Source: the human T2T-CHM13v2.0 reference genome, Homo sapiens
DNA: 64,000 nt
Assembly: GCF_009914755.1 (NCBI RefSeq)
Contig: NC_060931.1
Reading direction: 5' to 3' (one strand)
Positions 13,431 to 32,722 of the stretch are shown in pieces. Below the pieces are notes generated by a model, which searched no databases, was not told the DNA's origin, and saw only the letters and a program-made list of their open reading frames with translations. Positions within the stretch are counted from its first letter, which is position 1. Every line of letters begins with the position of its first letter. The position numbers and the translations under genes are program-made.

Positions 13431-15174
13431 GATTGATGTAATAATTGTATAAGTACATAAAACTCAGAAAATATTCCTACAGCATCCTTAAGTCCAAGAT
13501 GAATACAGATGTTACCCACTTTTAATATATTTTTGTTAGCAACTTCAGACCCTGATGACAAAAATAGTAGCAAAACGGGGAGCAAGAGATGTCACCCTGC
13601 TCATGTGTTAGACAAGTAACTAGAAGCCCTTTCTGCTGTAAGTAAACACATCTTTGTAACTGAGCAGCAACAAATCGAGCCGGCAGAGATGAGGCCTCCA
13701 CTAAAAATTGCCTCATGCTGGTTACAGGAGGCCAGTGAATTTCACTGCCTAATAAGTGAAACACACTATTTCAGGCAACAGGATTCACTTTTAATGTGGG
13801 TTTTTTTTTTCTCAGAAACTTTTTAGATTAGTGACCTAAAGAATGTCAGAGCCAGCAAGGTAAATATTCTGTTTGGCACTGTGAGGTTCATAAATGCTCC
13901 AAATTAGGAGGTGTTCTCTGAAACAAGTGACATTTACATTTTACAGATTTCTGATGCCAAGGTTTTAGCCCTGGGAGGGACAGGAAGAGTGGAGTGGGAA
14001 GAGTGGAGTGGGAAGACAGGCCAAAAATGAGGAGGCAAGAGGTAACAGCAAGATAGAGTGACTCGGTCTCAGTGGGGCAAAGGGCAGATTGATGCTTACC
14101 TTTCAGGAAAGCTGTGGCATCACTGCAATGGAAATCATCCTTGGTCTCCCTCATAAGTCAGCCAAACTCATGAATGCTTTTGCTGGAGAGAGGTTTTGCT
14201 TTTATTTTCCCAAAGCATAAAAAGGGACTACATTTTATGGTCAGCTGAAGTGCAGAGGAAAGCAGCTGGAGTGGTGGCCTGGGGAAGTCACCAGCATTGC
14301 AAGTTGCATGAGAATGTGAGGCACCAGAAATTCACAGGAATCCTGGGGAGCACTTTGCTCCTCCATTGCTAATGGAATTAAGGGGCCTGAATCTTAGGGG
14401 CCCAGGAGTCCTGAGTGGAAAAGTGGCTTCGTTATAGCTCCAGTATCACGTTCATTGAGGGGCATATCAGGACATAAGGCTCAAAAGGAAGCAAGCACCA
14501 AGTCACAAGAACCTCGTACATTATTCTAAGGAATCTGGACTTCATCCTATGCAACAGAATTAAATAGAACTTTCTCTCTCTGGGGAATATGAGTGGGTAC
14601 ATAAGTCACTATAATGAGGTTCCTTATGTACCAACTCATTCTCTACAGAAAGAATGAAGTATGTGTTTCAAGAGAGCTATAGGGACCACACAGCAGGGAA
14701 TGAATGCTTCCAGTTGGAAGAAAGAGATGGCAGTCTAGAAAAGAGTTTCACAGAGGAAGGAGATTTTGAATCAAGCCTTAAAGATTAAGTATCATTTTGA
14801 CAAGTGAAACAATGGGAACAGTGTTTCAGGCCGAAGAAATAGCATGGACAGAGACTTCATGTGCAAAGTGTGAGTTGTTGGGAAGTAGTTCAGTTTGGGG
14901 TCACTGGGAGTAGTGGGAGGGAAGATGGAACACTGCCAGGAACAGACACATGCACACAGACATTTGAGAGCAGACAAATCCTTGAACACTACACTTTCCC
15001 CACACTTTTTCATCTGGAATTGTTTAGCTGATGTACATAGACAATGTCAATGAACTAGTTACCAAATGTTGGAATGCTCTGTGTGTGTGTGTGTGTGGTG
15101 TGTACTTACTATACGGCTGAGTCATACTACATCTGGCTTAGACTATCACCAACATAAACAGAAAACATGCTTCC

Positions 15175-16752
<1,578 letters not shown>

Positions 16753-17099
16753 AAATGGACGTTTTGGAGGGTGCGCAATGATATGAATATGTTTTTTCAT
16801 TATTCATATTTCTTTTTGTATTACTAGTGTTTGTGAAAATAGCATAATTTGGAGGAAAAACCCAATATGTGTCTGTTATTGAATATTTTTGTGTATCAAC
16901 AAAGAATTATATAAAATATTTACACTAGGCTTTATTTCTTTATACAAAGCAACACAGTTCTGGTTAGTTTACTTTCTATTCTAAACAAACCATCAGCACA
17001 AATGTGCTAATATTCAAGCAAAGTACTCAGCTATGAATGTTAACATGTACAAGTATTATATACATAGATGAACAGTTTTACTTTACAAAAATTGATGGA

Positions 17100-17470
17100 T
17101 ACTGCTCTATCTTCATATTACTTGACCCAGCTTTGAAGCCTGACTCTGCTGACCATCCCCTGCTTTTTGAAATAGCATCTTCCTTGTTTCTCATGATATT
17201 ACTCTGACCTCTGTCTCCACCTACTTCTCTGGATGTTCGTTTTCAGTTTCCTTTGTAGGTTCATCTTCCAAATCTATTCAATACATACTGATGTTCCCTG
17301 GAGCTTGGAACTTGACCTTCTCTTCTCTTTGTGACTCTCATCCATGGCTTTGACCACTTCAGCCATCTCTAGATCTAGCCCAGATCTCCCTCCTGAGATA
17401 CAGATCTTGTTCTCTAACTGATAACTAGACATCTGAATGTGTCATAGGCACCTCTAACTCAGCACTGTTA
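17100..17470. mobile_element. L2 fragment
   Basis: Diverged L2 motifs (cttcatattacttgacc..., tctagcccagatctc..., cacctctaactcagca). Confidence 0.6.
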
Positions 17471-18741
17471 CTTTCAGAGAACTAGAATTCAAACTGGAAG
17501 CCATGAGATTTCATTGAGCTCTTCCTATTCTTTTTGCTAGCTTCAGTCAGGAGTCTGTGAAAGATGAATGCTCATGATGGACTTTCCTTTGATTTAAATA
17601 CAATGGCTCCTTCCTCTGCATTTTGTACCTTTATGACCCTCTTTATAGGGCTCCAATTTCTCTATATGGGAAATCTATATAACCTAGGGTATTTGATATT
17701 TGAATTCAGGATATTGGAAAATGCACTCTATGAAATAAGATGGAATGGGGCACCCAGGACTCCAGGATGTAGTTACTGGGGGTATAGATCATGGGAAATC
17801 TAAAAAGTCCCCCGACAGTCAGTAAACATAAGAAGGCTTCTTTCATGCCTTTTTAATTTGTTTTTAAGGATAAAACAGAGTATAAGTTTTTGCTGTGATA
17901 GAGGGGATAAAATTGGGGGGGGGATGGTACTGAAAATCCTTGTGTGAGTTTTCTTTCAGAAATGCTTGAATTTGAACACACTGAATTCCTATGATTCCAG
18001 ATATCCTGAGGAAAACAAAGCAAAGTAAAACAAAACAAAAACAAAGATTCCAAAAGTCAGATGGATGTTTGTCTTCTCTGTCACCCAGAATCAAAGGGGC
18101 CCATAGTTTAGAGAGATGTGCTAGTACTAGTATTAAACATGTCCAAAATGGAATTCAGTATCTTGTCTCCAAGCCCTAATTGCTCTCCTAGGTTCTTTTC
18201 CTGGTTTGTGGCACCACCATGTTCACAACTGACCAAATAAAAAACCTGAGCATCGTCTATGTCTCCTCTCTGCCTCCCTGTTCCCCATATTCAGCCAATG
18301 AATAAGCCCTACCAATGCCACCCCCTAAATATCTCTCAAATCTGCCCCCTCTGCCGCCACTATCAAAACCTCATTATTTCTAGCTATCATTGCAATTGCT
18401 CATCCTTTCTTCAATAGATCATCCACACTGCCACCAGAGTTATGTTTCTTGTGCACAAATCTGTCCTGCTCTCCTACTCAGAGTTCTTCAATGGCTCCTA
18501 CTGCATACTGCATGTAGCCTGAATTGCTGTGCAGGGCACTCAAGGCCACCCACATTCTGCCCTCCATCTCTTTCTCCAGCCTCATCTCCCTCCACATCCC
18601 CTCTCTTCTCTGGCCATGCTCTGACAGCACTGAGTTATCTGTGAATCCCAACACATAACCCTCCTTATGCCTCCAGGCCTTATCATCTGCTTCTTCCTCC
18701 AGCTTTCAGCTGCATCCCAAAAGCTAAAAAGCTTCCCTTGA

Positions 18742-19068
<327 letters not shown>

Positions 19069-19169
19069 AAGTGTTCATTTTCTAACTCATCTGTGCTGTT
19101 GTGGTGCAATGCCTCCATCTCCTTTTCAGCAAACAAATCTTATGTCAGAATTCAAATAAATAATCACTA

Positions 19170-19375
19170 AGATGCATATAGTGCTTGCCATGTGCCAGCT
19201 TACATGCATTGCCTTACTTAATCCTTATAACAACACTGTGAGGTAGGTAATATTATAATCACCATTTTAAAGAGAAGGAAATGGAGGCACAGAGAAATTG
19301 AGTAACTTGCCTGCGGTCTCAAAGTGCCATGGCACCAGCTGAGATATGAACCCATACTCTGAATTCATGCTTTTA
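19170..19375. mobile_element. MIR
   Basis: MIR core aatccttataacaac..tgaggtagg..cattttaaagag..ggaaatggaggcacagaga. Confidence 0.75.
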
Positions 19376-19759
19376 GTAACTTTTAACTATACAGTGATGT
19401 TGCTTTTCTTGTTGTTATTTTGCCATTAGACTGTACCTTGAGACCAGTACTCTTTCAGTTTGGTACTCCCAGAACTTAACAATGTGTATGATATATAGTT
19501 GACAATGAGTAAATATTTGTTGAGTGAATCAGTCTACCTATAAAATTATCTATTTATACGGACTCAATTTTCTCTTATCTTGCTGGCATACTCTCAGAAT
19601 TTTTGGATGAAATGCATTTCCGTTTGGAATTCTTTGAATCAGGGTTTACATTTCACATGCTTCTTTCTGAAAGATTTGCTCTGTTTGGTATTGCATACTG
19701 CATTCTTTCAGAAATAAAGAACAAAAGTTATACTTGGAAATATTTATTATCTCAATTAG

Positions 19760-20355
<596 letters not shown>

Positions 20356-21471
20356 TAGTCTTCTCAATTATTTTTGTTTATTTCTACTTAATCAATTGTT
20401 AGTATGAATTTTGTAATCATATTTCTTTTTAAAATGTATCAACCTCTCTGACCTAATTTATTGACCTACAAGTCTAAAGGAAAGCAAGCTTTGATCACCA
20501 CACAGACATAGATTCTGTATTGTGATGCTTATAGAAGGAAGGAAAATTGGCATCTCTGTTACCTGAAAGTAGACCAACTTGCCTTGAGACTGTTTGCCTC
20601 CTACTTGATGGAGGTAGAGAGGAGAGTCATGCTGCCAAAGATCCATCTTGAGGGAAGTGACAGGCTCAAGTTGGTCGCTTCTGTTTGCAGTGTTTTTAGT
20701 AGGCACTTTGCTAGAAACAGGAGACAATGGACCATAACCTCTGTGAGAAGGAACCACTATCACTAGCTTGATGGGACCAACATAGTCATGTAAGGCCACT
20801 GGCTGGAGAGAAGGGCCTGAGGAGGACTAGGAGAGGTCCAGCTCCATATGAAAAAAAACCAAAAGCCCATAACTGGGCAGACTTCTTGTTATGTGCTTTT
20901 TGAAAATCCACGGCAAATCCATTTGTCTCTGAACTACCGTGCTTCCTTTCAACTCTCATTCTTCCTATTTCTTGAATCCCAAGTGATTTCATGTGTTTCC
21001 TGCTTTAGAGGTTTTGCTTCACTGGACTCAGGCTTTATTTTTGTGTGTGTTCCATGCAGATGGGTGGTCTCTTGCAATTGTATCATCAGATTAAGACACG
21101 CAGCTGTAAGTGCTTCCACTCCAGCCCAGAGCATAGCTGAGACAATGTGGAATTTAAAGAAGACTTAAGTGTTTGGTTAAGAGGAAGGAAATGGTGCCAG
21201 ATTCATTCATTCACTCACTGATCAAACATTTTATGTGCCTCCTATGAACATCTTGCTAGGCATCCCAAAGATGGGATGGTCCTGTCTCTGCTCTTGGGAA
21301 GCTTACAGTGCTATAGGGAGACAGGCATGGAACAGACACTAGAATATAACAAGCTGATTGCTTCAGTAGAGACATATACAAAGTGCAGTGGAAATACAAA
21401 GAAGGAGATCCTAAGCCTGCCCAGAAATTCTAGGAAAGCTTCCCCACAGCTGAAACTTAAGAGATAAGCAA

Positions 21472-21789
21472 GGCCAGGCATGACAGCTGACGCCTAACAT
21501 CTCAACACTTTGGAAGGCCAAGGCAAGAGGATCACTTGAGCCCAGGAGTTTCAGCCCAGCCCAGGGAACATAGCAAGACCCCATCTCTACAAAAGAAAAT
21601 TTGAAAAATCAGCCAGTCATGATGGTATGTGCCTGTAGTCCCAGCTACTTGGGAGGCTGAGGCAGGAGGATCACTTGAGCCCAGAAAGTTGAGGCTGCAG
21701 TGAGCTATGATGATGCCACTGCACTCTGGACTAAGTGACACAGAAAGACTCTGTATCCAAAAAAACCCAAACAAACAAACAAAAAAAAA
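21472..21789 (+). mobile_element. AluJ
   Basis: J diagnostics (aggatcacttgagccc in both arms). Confidence 0.93.
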
Positions 21790-22067
21790 GAAGAATTTAC
21801 TAGGTGGACAAGTAGTGGAGAAGGTGTTTCAGACAGAGGGAATAACTTGTAGAGATGGGGAAACAAGAACACAGCATGTTTGAGGAGCTGTAGGAGAGTC
21901 AGTTCTGTGTGTCTGGAGCTGAGGATGAGAGGCGGGAGTCAGCTGGAAGCAGGGCTGCAGGGGTGGCCAAGGGCCGCCTCAGGAAGAGCTTGGTCCACCA
22001 GCCCATTGATACTGTAAGCAGTGTGGAGTCCCCAAGGAACTCTGAGCCAGGGAGTGATAGACTTAGA

Positions 22068-22071
22068 CATA

Positions 22072-22105
<34 letters not shown>

Positions 22106-22393
22106 TTTTTTTGAGACAGAGTCTTGCTGTGTCGCCCAGGCTGGAGTGCAGTGGCGCAATCTTGGCTCACTGCAAGCTCCGCCTCCCGGGTTCATGCCAT
22201 TCTCCTGCCTCAGCCTCCTGTAGCTGGGACTACAGGTGCCTGCCACCATGCCTGGCTAATTTTTTTTGTATTTTTGGTAGAGACGGGGTTTCACCGTGTT
22301 AGCCAGGATGGTCTCGATCTCCTGATCTCATGATCTGCCCACCTCGGCCTCCCAAAGTGCTGGGATTACAGGCGTGAGCCACCGTGCCCGGCC
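22068..22393 (-). mobile_element. AluY with (TA)n/T tail
   Basis: Y diagnostics gcaagctccgcctcccgggttcatgccattc and accgtgttagccaggatggtctcgatc. Confidence 0.93.
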
Positions 22394-22399
22394 AGATAT

Positions 22400-24240
<1,841 letters not shown>

Positions 24241-25161
24241 ATAGACAGACTCAGAACACTGCAGCAAAGGTGAGTACGAGAAACAGTGCTTGAACTAAGC
24301 CAGGGGCAGTGGGGATGGAGAGGAGGCAGATGGGCAGTTATAAGAGATGATTAGACTCTACCAATGACTATTAAAGTTCTCACATTGGCTTCTTTCTATT
24401 CTAGTATAGTATTTAGTAGTAGATTTTTTGGCTAGAAATACCTGAAACTAGATAGCCTTATAACACATACAATTAAAACTAACATGGAAACGGCATGCCA
24501 ATATTCAATTAGAGTTCTTCTTTTTGCAATTCAATTTGAAAATAATCTGTATGCTATCAGTAATTTAAGACCCATTATTACTGTGATAATAGTAATAGGT
24601 AACACTGCTCTAGGGAACTATGCTGTAATGTGGCAGAGATAATATACAGCACATTAGGAACTCAACAACACTTATTTTTTAAAAATCTAGAGACATTAAC
24701 CATCACCATATGATTTATGTTTTCTTAAAGAAAGAATGAATCCATAATACAAACCCATTGATATTGCCTTGAAATGATCTAGATTGAGAAGTGTGATTTT
24801 CTGATAATTATGGACAACATGATCAATATTTATAATAGAAAAAATAATGTCATAAATATAAAAATTGGCACTATTAACTTATGTCAAGATGCTTTTTTGT
24901 CATTATCATCAGTGATTACTTGCTCAGCATCTGCCCCTACCCAGGCACATGAAGAACGGAAGGAGTCGCAGACCCAGGCAGGAGGTGTAACATACAGAAA
25001 GGTCCTGAGGTAGGAAGGGATTTGGCTTGTTTGCAGAGCTAAGTGAAAGCAGTGTGGCTGAGGGAAAGGAAATGAGCAGAGCAGGGGCATGAGGTGGTCC
25101 TGGAGTGGTAGACAGGGGTTTCTTTAATTAACAGTAAATGTTCTTTCAAATTTTGGTCATA

Positions 25162-25315
25162 GCTGGGTGTAGTGGCACTTGCCTATAGTCCCAGCTACTC
25201 AGGAGGCTGAAGCAGGAGTATTGCTTCAGCCCAGGAGGTCGAGGCTGCAGTAAGTTTTGATGGTGCCACTGCATTCTAGCTTGGGGGACAGAGTGAGACC
25301 CTTTCTCTAAAAAAA
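25162..25315 (+). mobile_element. Alu right monomer (FRAM/AluJ half)
   Basis: Single right arm plus A tail. Confidence 0.85.
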
Positions 25316-25769
25316 TTTTTCTTTCTTTAATTCTCATCTTTCTGTGATTTAATTTCTCAGTTTTATTAGACACTGTTGTTATTCCCATTACACTCCACAC
25401 TTGACTACATCACCTGGTTCTCTTACAATCTTTTTGACCTTCTTTCTTTAGTCTCCTTCATGGATTCATCTTCTTCTTTCCACTCCTTAAACACTGATGT
25501 TCTGCTATGTTCTTCCTGGGAGTACATTTCTCCTCATGCCCCTATGCCCTCCTTGAGGATCTTGGCCACATTCACACCTCCATGAGAATGACTCCCCCAT
25601 CTGCAGGTCCGGTAATCATTTCTCTCCCAATCCTTTGGCCTGAATATCCCACAGATTCTAACTCAATCTGATAAAATGAAAACCATCTTTCTCTCAAAAC
25701 CTGTTATTTCTCCTATATTACCTATCTTTTTAGAGGTGGGACCTCCATCCTCCCAAAGCCAGATTTTAA

Positions 25770-26084
<315 letters not shown>

Positions 26085-28881
26085 AATTTTTAATTTTTTT
26101 ATTCCAAAGCCAGAACTTTTAAGTCAATTCTTATCCTCCCATCCCTCCACCGAGGTCCCCATTTTCCACAATAATCAATCACCAAGTTCTTTCGGTTTTA
26201 GCTACTAAACATTCTTTAATATGTCCTTTCCATGCTTGTTCTAGCCTCTGACCTAGTTCAAGAACTCCTCATCTCTTCCTTTAACTACTAAAATACCTCC
26301 TATTTCCCTCCCTGCCCCCAGTCCTTCTCCTTTTCAGTCTGTCCCCCAGAGAACAACTCAAATAATCTACCTAAAATGGAAGGCTGACTATGACTATGAC
26401 TCCCCTACACATCACCCATTGGTTCAAGTCCAATCTCCTTGACACAGTATGACATTCCCTCCATGATATCTTTTTTATATAGTGTATTCTAGCAGGACTA
26501 AGCTACATCAAGTTCCTTGAACAAGGATACATTCACATGCTTCTGTGTTGGGCAGGCTGAATTAAGAGATCCTTTCCTCTCCTCACCTCTATCACTATGC
26601 CTGCCCCATCACATCTAAATTCCCCACACCCACCCTTCCAAATTGGGCTGCAGAAAATAGGTCTTACTCACATTTGTTAATCCTAGAGCCTAGCATTTTT
26701 TTCCTTCATTCAATGAGCAATTAATCTAGTGCCTACTACTTCCCAGGGTTCTGGGAAAACAACGTTTCAGTCTTCATGGATCTGATATTCTAGTGAGGGG
26801 ACTCCAGGACCTACATAACAGGCGCTCAAGATCTTGTACTCATAATAAAAAATTCTGAAAATCAAGCAAATGAAAGAGTCTTTTTAAACCACTGTCTAAG
26901 CACACTGTCTGGGACACTGCCGTGACTCACTTTTCCTTTAAACAACAAATATGGCGGTGACTAAGGCAACTTAAGTAACAGACTGAACTGCCCTCACCAT
27001 GGATCCTGTGGTCTTTAGCAAATGATAATCCAATTAACTAGCAGGAAATATTTTCCCACATACATGGAGATATAACCTCACATTCAAATAATCCTCTGGA
27101 GCAGGAAGGGAATGAATAATAGCCCATTTAAGTGAACATTTTGAAAAGCTGTAGAAGATTAAAGATTTCTAAAGATACCTTAAGATATTATCACATTAGT
27201 AAGCTATTTCTCCCACTTAGAAACCCTATCCTGTTTATATTAGAAGAGGCAAATTGACATATTTCCTCTTTCCCTAATATGTACTTGGTAGGTAACTTCC
27301 TAAACAACTTTTATTCATGGATGATACAATAAATGATTCACTATTTTCCACAAAAGGAATAACTGAGGAGAGTAAGATTATTATAAGAAACACAAATCTT
27401 GAAATAACTGTGTTCTCCTCTTTGCTTCCCCCATTTAAGTTAGCTCTCTCCAATAAACATCTTTCTGGATTTCTAAATGTCTGGATTTTTGCCTTTGCTG
27501 ATCAACTTCTTCATGAGTTTTCATGATTTTTCAGAACACAGTGTCCCTTTAGCCTCTCCAACCCCAAAGAGCTCTTCTACTTTTGAGGTGTGAATTTCAA
27601 TTAGTTTCCTGAGCAACATCTCTATAAAGCTGTCTTGCAAGTGAATCAAACTAAACATGTTCGTTTTCCCAACCTGCAGCAAACCTGCTCCCTGACTGTG
27701 TAAGGGACACAGCTCAGGAAGGCACACCATCCTTTATGCAGATGCTCAAGCCAAAAATCTGGTGCCATCCTTGATTCACTCCCTCTCTTCCTTATCCTCA
27801 CATTCAGTTGAGCTCTATCTCATTGTTTCTTCTTCCTCAGTGTCTCCCAACTGTGCTGACTTTGCTACATGCTTACTGCCCTCTCCCTAACACAGGCGTT
27901 CATAACTTTTCACCTGGATGACTACTTGATAATTGGTCACTATGCATCTGTGATTCCCATATCTGTCTAGCAGATAGAAGTGAGCTTTTCGGAATATAAA
28001 TCTGACCATGTTACTGTTCTAACTGACAATACTGAATGTCCTTCCACGGTCCAAAGAGCAGAGTTCAAATTCCTTAATGTGGCCTCTGGGCCCTCAGTGA
28101 CCTGACCCCTGTCTACCTCTCAAACATCATCTCTCACCATACTTCTCGCCAATAAGCCATACCCAAATGTGTAGGTTTCTTGATATCTCACACTTTTAAA
28201 CCTCCATGCCTTTGTGCAGGCTGCTTCTTTGGCTCACAGAACACCTTTCTTCTCTGGGAAAAGAATCTCTGAGCTAGGTTAGCTTTCCCCTCTCTGTTTT
28301 TCACACTCATCATACTTTGTAACCACTTGCCCTACTCCTGTCTTCCCACTAGAATGTAAGTACTAGGAAGAGGAATCATGTCTGTTTTGTTCATTCCAGT
28401 ATTCTCAGCACTGAGCACAATGTAGTCAGAGTAAATACTTGTTAACTAAATGTGTAGTGTGATTCTAACTGAAAATTCACCATTAAGAATTGAGAATGAA
28501 CATAATTATTAGAAAACATGGGAAATTTTCTCCCAAATGGCACAACTGGTCACATTTGATCTTTGGTGGGTATCTGTAACATTCCAGAGTTTAAATCCTG
28601 AATGTTACGTCTGTAGTCAAATTTGCACTTACTCAGACCTATAATCAATCAGGCTGGTGTTTAGCTGCCCAAGTTGACATCCGGGCTGACTCATTTTAAC
28701 TTCACTGTTTGAGGTTAGCTTCCTCAGCTGTTGTAGCACTGTAATTGTCAATCATTTGCCTTTTAGTTCAGAGTTTAACTGACTTGGAGGAAGAAAACAA
28801 CAGAAGACTTATTTTTTTCAATCTTTTAGCAGAAAACAATTAGTATACTTCCCCATAGATATCCATTTACAATTCTCTTAA

Positions 28882-29274
<393 letters not shown>

Positions 29275-29994
29275 TAACTTGTCCTCTGTAGATAAAATTT
29301 TAATATACAGTCTTTAAAAATAAAACCTGAGCTTTCCTCAAATGCTAAAAACTAAATAAAGCATTTTAACCTTTACTCCATTCAGTCAACAAATATTCCC
29401 CCAGGCACTTCAGCCTTGTGGTAAGTGCTGTGGGGGAATTATATTTTGATGTGTTTTATAATGTGCTTTGATTCTCTACTTCTTGTCACTCTGTGACCCT
29501 TCAGACAACAGCTGGCGATTCTGCTCCTATGTGTCAGGAAAAGGTTCTTACAAAAGAACACAGGATAAAAATCCTGGGCCTTTAAGCTTCAAAAGCCCAA
29601 GCCCTGAAAGACTTGGGGCATAACATTTTTCAAAACCATGTAATCAGTTGGAACATTTTTTCCACCCCCAGATTAGGAAAAGAATCTATGTCAAAAGGAA
29701 AGGAGCAAATATGAGAAAAGGGGAGAGAAGAGGTGGAGGGGAAGAAGATGAGAAGGGAGAGGAGGAAAGGAGAGGACAGGGGAAAAGAGGAGGGGAGGGG
29801 AGAGCCAGAGGGAAGCAAATGCTGAGAAATTCATCATATGGGGGGTCTGTTCTAGACCTTCTCACTTTCTATCCAGCTAGAGAGAAAGTTGGAACCCCCG
29901 GGTAGGCTTGGGGGCCTAAGTAGATGGGAACCCATTCCACCTTTCCCAGTAGGGTTCATAAAAGCAATAAGACAGAGTGTTCCTGTGCTCGTCA

Positions 29995-30475
29995 TTGTAT
30001 CAGTTAAGAGTCAACGGGAAAAGCAGAAACAACCCTGAGCATGCAAAACTGAGGAGATTTAATTTTAATGGGGGAATGGCTACATAGGTGGTAGAGAAAC
30101 TGAGAAGCCAAATGGGACAGTGACAAAATCTAGAGCTTAGCAGCAGTAGGAAGCCACTACTGTCCCTATGCTGGAAGGACAATGGGAAGATATGATGTTA
30201 TTGAAGCCCAGAGGCCGACTTCATTCAGGGAAGCTGGAACCACAGCAGGCCTGTGGTTCAGAGGGGAGTAGAACACTAAGGAAATGCAGCTGATGATGAT
30301 GATGCAAAGAAAGGTAGAGGAAAACCCTGGAATGTCCCTTCTACTGGCCCTGTAATCACTCAGAAATGTCTCACAAGCACCAACCCTAACATGGAATCTA
30401 GTTGACTTGTGTGAGTCACCCTGTAGCAGAGCAAGGGGAGGGTGAGTCATGAGTTTGAGGGCAAACACATTCATG
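29995..30475. mobile_element. Probable ancient ERVL/MaLR-type LTR
   Basis: Begins tgtatcagttaagagtc...agaaacaacc, an LTR-like terminus; family not resolved. Confidence 0.4.
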
Positions 30476-31858
30476 ATGTGGGAGCAAGAAAATGTCTCCA
30501 GCAGGTGTCTAGGACTGTGGACCTAAGACAGCCTCACAGGATCTCCATGACCCAGGAAGACCCAGAGGAGCCCAGAGCAAGGCAGACACGACAGGGAAAC
30601 CTGAAGACTTGAAGGGGCCTTGGAGTTGGAACAAGGAAGAGACATCAGGGATCCACCTGGACGGGAAACTAAACACCAAATGGGCCCTCGTACATCTCAG
30701 TGAATTCCAGCTTGGACAGAAGACAACATTGAGAAGACCAGACACTGACCCTGCCATAATGAGTTGACTCCATGGTACTGCTTCCTACCCACAATCTCAC
30801 ATCACTCATGGACGATATGGAAGGGAAGAGGAGGTCATCTAGCAGAAAGGAGGCTGAATCCAAGTTCATTCATAGATAAAGAAAGGAAAGAACCTAGACC
30901 AATGAACAGATCTAGTCCTTCATTTAAAAGACCCCACCGAATGTTGACGAAGGATAAACACATAACAGATGTCTGCAATGCAGTGAGAAATAGAAACGGT
31001 TCATGTTAAAGGATACACTGGGGCTGGAGATGCAAGCAGAGAAATTCCAGTGCTTGCCTGCAAGGTAGGGCTTCTCAGAGAAGGCCCTCATAGACAGTTG
31101 ATATTTCAGGGATGAATAGGGATTTAGCAAGCAGATGGAGGAGGGATCCTTACCTCCCTATATCTTCCTATATCCCTCCTATATAGGAAGGATATAGGAT
31201 ATAAGATATTGTCTTCCTATATCCCTCCAAATGCATGATTTTCAAGAGAAGTCCATATATTCCTTGTATAACTATAGCCCATAGTTCTTTCAGAAACATG
31301 GCAAATCTCTCAGGGTTATCCTCCTTTTGATTAGTAAATGGGGCAGTCCCAGAGGGATAAGATGGATGTGGCCTGAGTCTCAACCCTGATGAATACAATC
31401 AGCAGCTTGCAGGAAATGAATTCCATATCCTTTTGTAGATTTGTTGAGGCCATTTCTAGAGTTTAGTCTTGAACTAAAGACTTAGATCTCAAGGCATTCG
31501 GGTAGTCTCATAAAATGTGCAATCCGTAAGAAAAATATAGTTAAGCCATCTAACATATATTATCTCCATACTGACCAAACTTCTGTAATGAAACAAATCT
31601 CAAATTATCATGACATACTCTTATCTGTCATGACTTTCCCCAAAATACTGTATTTTGCTATTTTTTAAACAGAGAAACATGACTGTTGATTCAAAGAAAC
31701 TTTTCTATCACCCTTCTAGAAACAATATCCCTAAACTTAACTTTTATAATAGAATAACAAATAAAACATATTATTGTTCTCTCCATTATTTACAAAATAG
31801 CAAATAATTGTATTATAGAAAACAATAAAAGTCATTGTACTGTTTTGAATTTTTTTAC

Positions 31859-31985
31859 CTCATTAGAGATGTCTGTTCCAGAGAGATCTATTGATACCAA
31901 GGAAAAGATGTTTACAATATATCCAATTCCTTGGGCAGTCAAATGTTCACAATTTCGTAAACTCAAGTAGTTTAAATTAGGGCAG
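31859..31985 (-). CDS. FBXL13: FBXL13 exon E (127 nt, phase 2/0): CPNLNYLSLRNCEHLTAQGIGYIVNIFSLVSIDLSGTDISNE
   Basis: Acceptor tttcttttag|C, donor GAG|gtaaaa; classic CPNLxxLxLxxC LRR. Confidence 0.93.
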
Positions 31986-32722
31986 CTAAAAGAAAGTAGC
32001 ATGGATTAATTTTAGCTGTCAATCATATTGTCAGTAAGCAATTTCTTCATATAAAAACTATCTTGGGAAAACAAATGGTATTGAAGCAAAGATTTTCCTT
32101 TACTCAACATAAAAGTAAGACTAAAAGTAGAAAGTAATTTGACATTACAAAGTTGCATGAAAGGGCAGTAGATTATTATATGACTTTCTTTCTGTAATTT
32201 AGTTTCGTATTACAATTTCTAATAAGGAAAAAATATGTCACATATCAAAAACTATCATGTAAGTACCATAGTGAATGACCACTAAAAGTGCAAGTTAAGA
32301 ACCCTACTTATCCCTTACAAGTTTGCTACAGGAATTGTACAAGACCTCTGACAAGAGGGGAGTCAAGAATAAACCAGCCAGAACACCCCTTGGGAAATGC
32401 TGGAGTAAAGATAATCTCCTGGAAAAGGGAGATTAGAGAAAATCTCCTTGAAAAAGTACAGGGAAGCCACCCATATCTAGATATTCATCATTTCAGGAAC
32501 GACTCCCTCAGATGTAATTTAAATATAATAATATAATTTAAAAATTGGTCCAATCTATGACTTCAATGTCTTTCACATGGTTTCACTGAACATTTAACCA
32601 GCTTCTGGGCATCTCTGATGTTCCCCCAAATGTCATGAAATCTTTGCTTTTAGGTGTCTCATGTCTCCTATTATCAAATATACAATACTAATGATATGAT
32701 GTAAAAGACTGTTTTATCATAC

